Shown: positions 41,900 through 50,311, counted from the first letter of the stretch. The stretch: DNA of 64,000 bases from Sphingobacteriaceae bacterium (GCA_036402155.1 DASWTL010000221.1:968-64967), one strand, 5' to 3'. Notes: generated from the letters alone by a model not told the origin. Numbers and translations are program-made.

Positions 41900-44800
41900 T
41901 ATGATCGTGGACTCACCCCGGATTAAGGCCAGGAAAGGTGAGCGGATATTTTTAGTAATGATCACGATTGTTTTAGGACTACTGTTTCTAAGACTTTTTT
42001 ATGTTTTACAGCGTGATTTTGAAGATGTTAACCAACGGCTTCGTGCAGGTACAATGATCAACCTGAATGATTCAAATCCGGGTAAGCGCATAAGAACATT
42101 ATTGGAAAAAGGTTACTATTTTGAAGATCAAAAAGACATTGACCTTATTGAGGCGGTTGTTACAGATCGACTTAACCCTGAAGATAATGATTTTGACAAT
42201 ATCGGTGAGCTGAATAAGCAAAAATACAATGTTATTGCAGACGATGCTTTTATGCAGGGAGGAAGCTCATTCAAAAACCGGGTAGCTACCTCGCGGTCTG
42301 TTCTGGGGTATACGGGAGATGACTCCACACGATTTTCGCAGGAAAGAAGAAGCCCGCCTACTTTGCCCGCAACGGTAAATGCAAATATGGGTAAGTATTC
42401 TATTTCAGGAAAGATTATTAACAAAGAAAAGGATCCCGTTTCGGGTGTTTTGGTAAAACTTGAAATGATTTTGCCTCAGGATAGCGTTTACAGTGATCAG
42501 GTACAGGAAGTAGCCAGGGAGATCATTGAAAAAGGTGCCGGTCTGAAGAAATCATTCGTGCTGGATTCAACCGGTAAGCGACAACTACAATCTTTAACCG
42601 CATATACCCGAACAAATAGTGACGGGAAGTATTCATTTTTAAACCTTCCGGATGATAAAGCCTTTGAAGTGTTGCCTTTACAGCCCGGATATCAGTTTGG
42701 CGCTTCAAAAGGGGTGCAGGAGTTGGATAACAATGCAGAGTTTACATTTATGCAATCACCGCATACGATCCGGTTACTATCTGGCAGGGATTTTAATATT
42801 TTAAAAAGAGAGCGTTCGATTATTGTTCGAACACCGGCTGAATTTAACCGCTGGTACTGGATTATTGCCGGCAGTTTCATTGCAGGATTCCTACTGGTGC
42901 ATCTTTTACTTACGTACAGGTTTCCCGAAGCTGACCAGTTAATTATTCCTGTATTAATGCTTCTAACCGGACTATCATTGATTACATTGTTAAGCCTCCA
43001 GGATCCACTGAGAGATCGTTTCCTTGCAAAGGATACCCTGTTCTATTTCTTTATGGGACTACTGGGAATCTGTGTCATGATGTTCTTTAATATGCGACGG
43101 TTCACAGTTGATTCAGCATTGTACCGGATGTTTTTTTTAAGAGGAAACCGTAAAGCTGCAAATGGCTGGCCATGGGCTATTGTGGCTATCGGTCTTTTAA
43201 TATTAACCATCATATTCGGAACCGGTCCTGAAGGAAGCGGTGTAAAAGTTAACCTGTTTGGATTTCAGCCAAGTGAGATTGTCAAGTTTTGCATTATTCT
43301 TTTTCTGGCAGGTTTTTTTGCCGCCAATGAAAAGTTTATCAGCGAATATTTGAGCTGGCGAAAAAGATGGGCTTTCTTCTCCTTTGCGCTGGTGGCAATA
43401 GTTATTTCTATACTTCTTTTCCTTATTCTGGGAGACCTGGGGCCTGCAATGGTAGTTTGTTTCACATTTATTGTTCTTTTTTCATTTTCGCGCGGCGATT
43501 TTATGTTCATGATCGGCTCGGTGGTTTTATATGTTCTGGCGGCATGGACAATTAATAGCATATGGCTAGCAACGGCAATAACAGCTGTTGTACTAACTCT
43601 TGCAATGGTTTTCCAGCGAAAGCAGATCAGTGAATCCGCAATTATGACCTTGTTGCTTATTGCAGGATTTTTATTGATTGATCAGATACCTTTTTTGAGC
43701 AACCTCTTCCCCGGCCCAATGCAACGTTTAGTAGAGCGTAAGGCTATATGGGAAGATGCCTGGAATAATGAAGTATTTGGCGGTGACCATGTAGCAAACG
43801 GAATCTGGGCTATGTCAAGCGGCGGTATAACAGGTCAGGGCGTTGGTGAGGGATTTTCAAAAACTATTCCGGAGGCTCATACCGATATGATTTTGCCTGC
43901 CATAGGTGAGGAATTTGGATGGACAGGCATTGTATGTATTTTTATCCTGTTCCTGATCTATCTTCACCGGTCCATAATTGTTGGTAGAAAAACCGGAGCT
44001 CCGTTTCTGTTTTATTTATGTACAGGTATCGGAGTCAGCACATTTGTGCAATTTTTACTAATTGCCGGAGGTTCTACCGGTGCTTTACCGCTGTCGGGTG
44101 TCTCACTGCCATTGGTAAGCTATGGCGGATCTTCGCTTGTAGCTAACTTATTTGCCGCTGGATTCTTATTATCTGCATCTGGTGTTAAAGGTACAGCTAT
44201 ACAGATGACCTATATCACCAAGCAGCAGGATAGAAACCTGGTTCCGGCCCTTGTAGCAGCCTGTATAGGCATCTTTTTGCTTACGGTCAATGTTTCCCGA
44301 TACCTTTTTAATAATAAAAAATGGGTGGTTCAGCCTTCACTGGTTGCCGATAGAAGTGGTTTAAGGATGTTTAGTTATAACCCCCGGATTGCCATTTTAA
44401 TGAACAGGCTTCAGGCTGGATCTATTTATGACCGTGATGGCCGTATACTGGCAACAAGTAAACCGGAACTGATTAAGAAACAGCAAAGAATCTTAAATGT
44501 AGCCGGAGTTCAGAATTATAATCTGGATTCAGCTATGCATAAACGCTCAGAGCGTTACTATCCTTTTGCTGAACAGATGTTTTTCTGGACAGGTGACGCA
44601 AACACAGGTGTGTTCAGAGGGGGTACAAATGGTTATTTTGCTGAATATGAACATGCTGCAGAACTTCGCGGTTTTCAAACTCCGGTAGTTAATTATAATG
44701 TAATAGCACATCGCTTCCGTGAAGATCGTTTCCTGCCACGGGGTGTAAAGGAAATGAATATTACCAAAAGAGATTATTCCGCTCTGGCACCGTTGTTATT

Positions 44801-46073
44801 GGCTGGTATAAACAGTAAGGAAGTTGAAGAATTCAAAAAAAGAAACCGCGACATAAAACTTACTATGGATGCTCAGTTACAAACCAGCATCCAGAAGTCG
44901 ATGGCCATGGATGACTCTCTGAAAGATAACCGGGTTTCTGTAGTAATTATGGAGAGTTCTACCGGAGATGTGCTCAGTTCAGCTTCCTATCCATTGCCGC
45001 CAATTAAAAATTGGGAGCAGTTGACAATGAGTACTCAGGAACAAAATAAACTATCGCAGTGGGTAACAACAGTTGATCTTGGATTTACTTATGCTACACA
45101 GCCCGGATCTACTGCCAAAGTAGCAACCTCCCTTGCAGCATTAAATAAGATGGGCTTGACTGCAGTAAGTAAAAAGTATACGGTCAGCTCATTTGAACGC
45201 ATCCGAACAAAAGGCATTGAACCGGATGAAACCGGCGTAATAAATCTTGAACGGGCATTGGTAAAATCTAATAACGTTTATTTTATCAAACTGGCCAATG
45301 AAGAAAAACTGGAGGAAGAGATGGTTAACGTGTATTTAAAAACAGGAATGTTTTTACGTGGCGTAGGGGGGTATTATTTTGAAAAGCAGAACAGTAATGA
45401 TCAGCAGGAAAATAAGTGGCGTGAGTTATGGCGTAAAACCGAATTTGTCACAAAGCCTGCGTATGATCCGAACAGAATACGCCGTACCCGGGCAAAAGGT
45501 ATCTCTGGAATGGCGTGGGGGCAGGGCGAATTGATTGCTACCCCTGCAGCTGTTGCAAGGCTTGCAGCCGGTGTAGCCAATAGAGGCTTGTTAATACCTA
45601 ACCGGTATGTGTTGCAGGTTAGCAATACAGCATTTCCTGTGAAAACCGGGATACCCTTGGTAAATGATCCGAAGTATGCAGAGATATTAACGGATTTTAT
45701 GATCAAGCAGAGCGCGCCGAAAGTAGCAACTCTGGGAATATCGGTAGCGGGAAAAACCGGTACACCGGAACGCATCTGGAAAAAAGAGCGGATCAATGAC
45801 GGATGGTATGTTTTCTTTGCTCCTAAAGCAACAGGTCAAGGGCATATTGTGGTTTGTATCAGGGTCGAATCAACCAAGGGGTCTAGTGATGCAGTTAAAG
45901 TGGCCGGACAGCATGTGGTGCCATTCTTGTTGCAAAAGCGATATATAAAAGGTTTTGTGAACATAGTCCCTCAACAGCAGAATTTGCCGACAGTACGTGA
46001 TACTTTGCAAAACACTGCACCCATAAATACTGTTCCGGATAGTAATAACAATATTGAGCAAGAAGTTAATTAA
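41892..46073 (+). CDS. Fusion protein: N-terminal TM plus ~280-aa extension (CarboxypepD_reg-like beta-sandwich), SEDS (RodA/FtsW) glycosyltransferase, and class-B penicillin-binding transpeptidase
   Basis: One uninterrupted 1393-aa ORF. SEDS motifs FQPSEIVKF, PEAHTDMILPAIGEEFGW and LPLVSYGGSSLV (aa ~320-765). A linker TM (aa 783-799) and pedestal GSIYDRDGRILATS follow. Transpeptidase motifs are STAK (nt 45108), SNN (nt 45267) and KTGT (nt 45753). Confidence 0.9.
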   Translation: MNNMIVDSPRIKARKGERIFLVMITIVLGLLFLRLFYVLQRDFEDVNQRLRAGTMINLNDSNPGKRIRTLLEKGYYFEDQKDIDLIEAVVTDRLNPEDNDFDNIGELNKQKYNVIADDAFMQGGSSFKNRVATSRSVLGYTGDDSTRFSQERRSPPTLPATVNANMGKYSISGKIINKEKDPVSGVLVKLEMILPQDSVYSDQVQEVAREIIEKGAGLKKSFVLDSTGKRQLQSLTAYTRTNSDGKYSFLNLPDDKAFEVLPLQPGYQFGASKGVQELDNNAEFTFMQSPHTIRLLSGRDFNILKRERSIIVRTPAEFNRWYWIIAGSFIAGFLLVHLLLTYRFPEADQLIIPVLMLLTGLSLITLLSLQDPLRDRFLAKDTLFYFFMGLLGICVMMFFNMRRFTVDSALYRMFFLRGNRKAANGWPWAIVAIGLLILTIIFGTGPEGSGVKVNLFGFQPSEIVKFCIILFLAGFFAANEKFISEYLSWRKRWAFFSFALVAIVISILLFLILGDLGPAMVVCFTFIVLFSFSRGDFMFMIGSVVLYVLAAWTINSIWLATAITAVVLTLAMVFQRKQISESAIMTLLLIAGFLLIDQIPFLSNLFPGPMQRLVERKAIWEDAWNNEVFGGDHVANGIWAMSSGGITGQGVGEGFSKTIPEAHTDMILPAIGEEFGWTGIVCIFILFLIYLHRSIIVGRKTGAPFLFYLCTGIGVSTFVQFLLIAGGSTGALPLSGVSLPLVSYGGSSLVANLFAAGFLLSASGVKGTAIQMTYITKQQDRNLVPALVAACIGIFLLTVNVSRYLFNNKKWVVQPSLVADRSGLRMFSYNPRIAILMNRLQAGSIYDRDGRILATSKPELIKKQQRILNVAGVQNYNLDSAMHKRSERYYPFAEQMFFWTGDANTGVFRGGTNGYFAEYEHAAELRGFQTPVVNYNVIAHRFREDRFLPRGVKEMNITKRDYSALAPLLLAGINSKEVEEFKKRNRDIKLTMDAQLQTSIQKSMAMDDSLKDNRVSVVIMESSTGDVLSSASYPLPPIKNWEQLTMSTQEQNKLSQWVTTVDLGFTYATQPGSTAKVATSLAALNKMGLTAVSKKYTVSSFERIRTKGIEPDETGVINLERALVKSNNVYFIKLANEEKLEEEMVNVYLKTGMFLRGVGGYYFEKQNSNDQQENKWRELWRKTEFVTKPAYDPNRIRRTRAKGISGMAWGQGELIATPAAVARLAAGVANRGLLIPNRYVLQVSNTAFPVKTGIPLVNDPKYAEILTDFMIKQSAPKVATLGISVAGKTGTPERIWKKERINDGWYVFFAPKATGQGHIVVCIRVESTKGSSDAVKVAGQHVVPFLLQKRYIKGFVNIVPQQQNLPTVRDTLQNTAPINTVPDSNNNIEQEVN

Positions 46074-46081
46074 TTGAAAAT

Positions 46082-46870
46082 ATGTTTGATCTATTTAAAA
46101 GTGATGAAGAAAATCGCCCGCAGGATGTAAAAGCGTTACGCGATGCCCTTCTCCGTTCTATAAAAGATGAGCTGCAAAAGGTGGAAGGCGGTGAAGGCAG
46201 ACATATCAAGGGTCTTTATTTGTTTATCGCGTGCCCTGATGATGAGAAACATATTTATGAATCTGCCGTTTATATTGAAGAGCCGGACCTGTTTAAGAGT
46301 GAGGTGCAAAAGATTGCAGATGATTATGCAATTGATTTGCCGGAAGGATGGACAATGGAATCATCCTTTACAGATACCCTTCCTCCGGAGGCAAAAAAGA
46401 TTTCAGACCTGGGTGCAGCATTGTTTATAAAAACATTAAGGCATAGCATTGAAAAATCAGCCACAGCATATATCAGGGTATTAAGTGGCGAGGCTGAGAA
46501 AGAAGAGTACGTGATTACATCAGCCAGCGGAAGGATAAATATAGGAAGAGAGAAAAAAGCACAGGACGATGAGGGGTTTTTCAGATTGAATACCATTGCA
46601 TTTCCAGGTGATAGTTCTAATGAATGCAATAAATATATCAGCCGGCAGCACGCACATATTGAATGGAATAATGATACGGGCAATTTTGTGCTTTTTGCCG
46701 ATGAGGGGGGTATTCCGCCCCGCAATAAAATTAAAGTAAGATCAGCTATTGATGAAAACCCGGTAAAATTAAACTCTATGCAAATCGGACATGTGTTACG
46801 GGAAGCCGACCAGATAATTCTTGGAGAATCTGCTGTTATTGAGTTTAGTTATATACCAATTGAGGCATAA
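46082..46870 (+). CDS. FHA-domain protein (second)
   Basis: C-terminal FHA signature GRINIGRE ... ISRQHAHIEWNNDTGNFVLFAD ... NKIKV ... LREADQIILG. 262 aa with no TM. Confidence 0.85.
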   Translation: MFDLFKSDEENRPQDVKALRDALLRSIKDELQKVEGGEGRHIKGLYLFIACPDDEKHIYESAVYIEEPDLFKSEVQKIADDYAIDLPEGWTMESSFTDTLPPEAKKISDLGAALFIKTLRHSIEKSATAYIRVLSGEAEKEEYVITSASGRINIGREKKAQDDEGFFRLNTIAFPGDSSNECNKYISRQHAHIEWNNDTGNFVLFADEGGIPPRNKIKVRSAIDENPVKLNSMQIGHVLREADQIILGESAVIEFSYIPIEA

Positions 46871-46871
46871 A

Positions 46872-48572
46872 ATGGGCAAAGTATTTACAATAACAGAAGG
46901 TTTAGAGAATATGGGCGCTATGCGAACCGGTGGGCAGGGTTCTGTTTACAAAGGGAAGCGTATTGGGGAGATAATAACTGCTGTAAAGCTATTACCCACA
47001 CCCATACATACAGAGAGTAACGATGATAAAAATTTCAGAGATTTTCAAAATGAGGTAGAGAAATTAAAAAAGGTAAATGAGGAACCCAACCCCAATGTGG
47101 TTAAGATTTTAAACTCAGGGATTACCGAAAGTGGAAGTTTTCCATTTATTGAAATGGAGTATATCGAAGGGCCAGATATGGAAGAACTCCTGAAGCCACC
47201 TCATGATCCTGTTTTTACAATTAATGATGTTATTAAAGTTGCGCATCAGTTATCCAATGCATTGGCGCATTGTCATAAAGTAAATGTAAAGCATGGTGAT
47301 ATAAAAAGTAACAACGTCAAGTTTAATGTGAATACAGGTAATTACATTTTGCTTGATTTCGGGTTGGCTGTAATGTCTGATGAACAACGCCGTACCAGCT
47401 TAAGACATGCAGGCGCTATAGAGTTTATGGCTCCGGAACAGAATGAGGGTGTCATGCTCTTTCAGACTGATATCTACAGCTTTGGCGTGATTTTATATGA
47501 ATTACTTGCCGGCCGTGTACCATTTCCATTATCAGATAATGGCGAAACAGCCCGAAATAATGTAATGGTCTCTCATATGGAGAGTCCTGTGCCTGATGTA
47601 ATGGCTCTGCGCAGAGAAAATCTACCTAAAAATTGGTCCGATGAAAAAAGGGAACGTGAAATGCAGGTTCCACAGTGGCTTCTCGCTATCATAGCTAAAT
47701 GCCTCGAGAAAGATCCTAAAAACAGGTATGTGAATGGTGTAGAACTGCATGAAGCTATTTTGCTGAGTAGTACCACCATGATTGGAAATGATGACAGTAC
47801 AGGCAGTGCAGGTGTGCTTCAAAGCGAAAATGAGCGGATGCAGATGCTGGCATTGCAATATCAAGAGGCAGCTGCAGAAAAAGAACGCCAACTGGCATCA
47901 CTCAAAGGAATTTTATCTCAAAAGGAAGCAGAGCTGGCTGCTCTTAAAGGTACAACGCGTGTTCCGACGTCTGAAAATGGATCGCGGGTTAAACTTTCTA
48001 AACCTGCATTTTTTGCTCTGCTATTTATTTTGGCCTGTCTTGCAGCCTTTTCCGGCTATTCATTACTGTCTAAAAATACGAGTGATACCACTATCCTGTC
48101 ATCAGGATCAGATACTTCACAGGCTTCTACAGACACGAATGATGTGAATAAAACTTCAAATGTCATATCCGAAACAGAAAATAAAGAAGATACCAGTTCC
48201 ATTATTGATACATCCAACCGGGCTGAAAATGTTGATGGCGTTCCACAAGATCAAACTAACGAAGGCGAAGAGATAAATAGTAATGAACCAACGCAGGCAG
48301 AACAGAACGATACCATTGCTGATACTCCGCCCGAAGCTGCTCAACCACCGGTTACCAGGGCTAAGAAATACACTCTCGCCGTCTCAAAAGCATATTTTTA
48401 TGATCAGCCGGAAGGAAGTTCACGCAGGAATACGTTTCTGGTATTTTCAAATAATGCAGAGTTAACGGCACTCGAAGATAGAAACGGCTTCATTTATGTT
48501 GTATTTTTTAATACGCAGGGTGAAATAACAAAGGGCTGGCTTCGGAAAAGGGATCTCAGGAGGATTAATTGA
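46872..48572 (+). CDS. Hanks-type Ser/Thr protein kinase, bitopic, with low-complexity spacer and SH3-like C-terminal ectodomain
   Basis: Start taken at ATG 46872, 1 nt after the FHA gene stop. Motifs: GGQGSVYKG loop, AVK lysine, HGDIKSNNV catalytic loop (Gly replaces the Arg of HRD), DFG, APE. A coiled coil and a TM (FFALLFILACLAAFSGYSLL) follow, then a Ser/Thr/Asn/Glu-rich spacer and a ~65-aa beta-rich domain. Confidence 0.9.
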   Translation: MGKVFTITEGLENMGAMRTGGQGSVYKGKRIGEIITAVKLLPTPIHTESNDDKNFRDFQNEVEKLKKVNEEPNPNVVKILNSGITESGSFPFIEMEYIEGPDMEELLKPPHDPVFTINDVIKVAHQLSNALAHCHKVNVKHGDIKSNNVKFNVNTGNYILLDFGLAVMSDEQRRTSLRHAGAIEFMAPEQNEGVMLFQTDIYSFGVILYELLAGRVPFPLSDNGETARNNVMVSHMESPVPDVMALRRENLPKNWSDEKREREMQVPQWLLAIIAKCLEKDPKNRYVNGVELHEAILLSSTTMIGNDDSTGSAGVLQSENERMQMLALQYQEAAAEKERQLASLKGILSQKEAELAALKGTTRVPTSENGSRVKLSKPAFFALLFILACLAAFSGYSLLSKNTSDTTILSSGSDTSQASTDTNDVNKTSNVISETENKEDTSSIIDTSNRAENVDGVPQDQTNEGEEINSNEPTQAEQNDTIADTPPEAAQPPVTRAKKYTLAVSKAYFYDQPEGSSRRNTFLVFSNNAELTALEDRNGFIYVVFFNTQGEITKGWLRKRDLRRIN

Positions 48573-48626
48573 GAAAAGCTAAAGTCATTAGCGCGTATTC
48601 TGTATCTTCTTAACTAAAATATATTA

Positions 48627-49583
48627 ATGAACTGGATAGACCTGATACTTATCGTTGTAATCCTTTTTTCTGTTTATTCAGGATGGAGAAAGGGTTTTAT
48701 AAACGGAATGTTACAGCTTATCTCATGGGTTCTGACACTCATATTCAGTTTCTTGCTGTACAAGTACCTGGCAGATTTCCTGCAAAACAATATTAAATCA
48801 TTGGGGATCTGGGCAACGCCACTAGCATTCCTTGCTATGGTTTTTATATTCAGAATGGTTTTTGATATTTTATTTACGCTGCTTACGCGAAATATATCAT
48901 TGAATGTACATTTTAGCAGGGCTAACAAAGTATTAGGAATTATTCCAGGTGCACTCGCAGGGTTTATTTATGCAGCGCTGTTTGCTACCATATTTATGCT
49001 TTTACCCTGGGTTAACAGATTTTTTGAAAGTAGCCGTGAAAGTATTGTGGCTACATTCTTAACCCGACAGGTTGATCGTCTGGAAACCAAATTGTCTCCG
49101 GTGCTTGATAAATCTGTAAGACAAACGCTTAATAAGCTTACAGTTGAGCCGGGATCTTCGAAAACGATAGAATTAGACTTTACCGTTTCAGATCCTGCAA
49201 TCAGAAGCGACCTGGAGCGGGAAATGCTGGTACTTTTAAACAGAGAGCGAATAAAGGCAGGCTTAAAACCTTTTAAAGCAGACCCTGATCTGGTACCTGT
49301 TGCAAGGGCACATTCACTGGATATGTTTCAAAGAGGCTATTTTTCACATATTACTCCCGAAGGAAAAGCACCTTCAGACCGGATAAGAGCTGCCAAAGTA
49401 CCTTTTATAACTGCTGGTGAAAATCTGGCACTTGCACAAACGCTGGGGATAGCTCATAACGGACTGATGAATTCGCCGGGACATCGCGCAAACATTCTGC
49501 ACCCCGCATTCAGGCGCGTAGGCATTGGTATTCTGGACGGAGGACCTTACGGAATAATGGTAACCCAGAATTTTCGAAACTGA
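48627..49583 (+). CDS. CvpA-family membrane domain fused to a CAP/SCP (YkwD-like) domain
   Basis: N-terminal 4-TM region (MNWIDLILIVVILFSVYSGWRKGF is typical of CvpA). The C-terminal CAP motifs are ARAHSLDM, GYFSH, GENLA and HRANIL. Confidence 0.8.
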   Translation: MNWIDLILIVVILFSVYSGWRKGFINGMLQLISWVLTLIFSFLLYKYLADFLQNNIKSLGIWATPLAFLAMVFIFRMVFDILFTLLTRNISLNVHFSRANKVLGIIPGALAGFIYAALFATIFMLLPWVNRFFESSRESIVATFLTRQVDRLETKLSPVLDKSVRQTLNKLTVEPGSSKTIELDFTVSDPAIRSDLEREMLVLLNRERIKAGLKPFKADPDLVPVARAHSLDMFQRGYFSHITPEGKAPSDRIRAAKVPFITAGENLALAQTLGIAHNGLMNSPGHRANILHPAFRRVGIGILDGGPYGIMVTQNFRN

Positions 49584-50309
49584 TTACGAAAGAACTTCTT
49601 CAAGAACCTGGTGAGATTTTATTTGTCCGAAATCTTCAATATGCATCTGGTAATAATTGATGATCTTATTTAGTAATACGCGTCTTTCTGCTGCCGGAAT
49701 ATGAATACTATCTAAATCTTCAAAGTTGGCGCTTAACAGTGTTGCCCAAAAGCGGGTAAAAGGAGGCAATAAAATCGCCTGATGCGATGGAGAATGGGTG
49801 ACAAACATTCCGTTCTTCAGATCAAAATAATCTGCAGTGTTCTCTAATGTTCTGTCGGGGTAAAATCCAAGAAATTTGGTTAACCGAAGTAAAAAGTAAA
49901 GGTGGAAATTGGCAAGGCCATGCTCCATACGATCCAGTAGTTCTATACTTTTAAATAAAAATTCAAACAGAATTTCATCCGCTGTTTGCTGGCGGATAGC
50001 TTTATACAAAACTTCATTCAAAAAGATAGCTATTGAGCTTTTCCTTACATCATATGGGATGCTTTGTAAAACAGGCAGTTGCCGCAGATCTGAAACCCTT
50101 TGTAAGCTTCCTGAAGGTTTATGATAAACAATCATATCCAACAGGTGTAATGGTTGCAGCATATTGCTTTTAATCTTAGATTTAGCCTTTTTTACTCCAT
50201 TTATGAGGTATGATTGAATGCCAAATTTTTCTGTAAAGACCTGAACAATAACACTTGTTTCAGAGTAGTCGGTAGTCTTAAATACGATCCCTCTGGTTTT
50301 ATGCAGCAT
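49584..50309 (-). CDS. recO: DNA repair protein RecO
   Basis: 241 aa with the N-terminal OB-fold pattern TRGIVFKTTDYSETSVIVQVFTEKFG. The stop codon abuts the stop of the convergent CvpA-CAP gene. Confidence 0.85.
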   Translation of the reverse strand: MLHKTRGIVFKTTDYSETSVIVQVFTEKFGIQSYLINGVKKAKSKIKSNMLQPLHLLDMIVYHKPSGSLQRVSDLRQLPVLQSIPYDVRKSSIAIFLNEVLYKAIRQQTADEILFEFLFKSIELLDRMEHGLANFHLYFLLRLTKFLGFYPDRTLENTADYFDLKNGMFVTHSPSHQAILLPPFTRFWATLLSANFEDLDSIHIPAAERRVLLNKIINYYQMHIEDFGQIKSHQVLEEVLS

Positions 50310-50311
50310 GA

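Noticed and set aside
45401-45796. 131-aa minus-strand ORF, plus similar antisense ORFs (42128-42880, 43265-43561) inside the SEDS-bPBP gene
   Set aside because: They are embedded antisense to regions carrying conserved SEDS or transpeptidase motifs. There are no start-context or coupling features.
39420-48572. FHA + PP2C + Hanks kinase trio as a type VI secretion post-translational regulatory module (PpkA/PppA/Fha1-like) or as an anti-phage defence system
   Set aside because: No T6SS structural genes (TssB/C, Hcp, VgrG, TssM and others) are present in the window. There are also no nuclease, ATPase, NTPase or other effector genes typical of defence islands. The module is physically interleaved with a SEDS-bPBP synthase, which points to cell-wall control instead.
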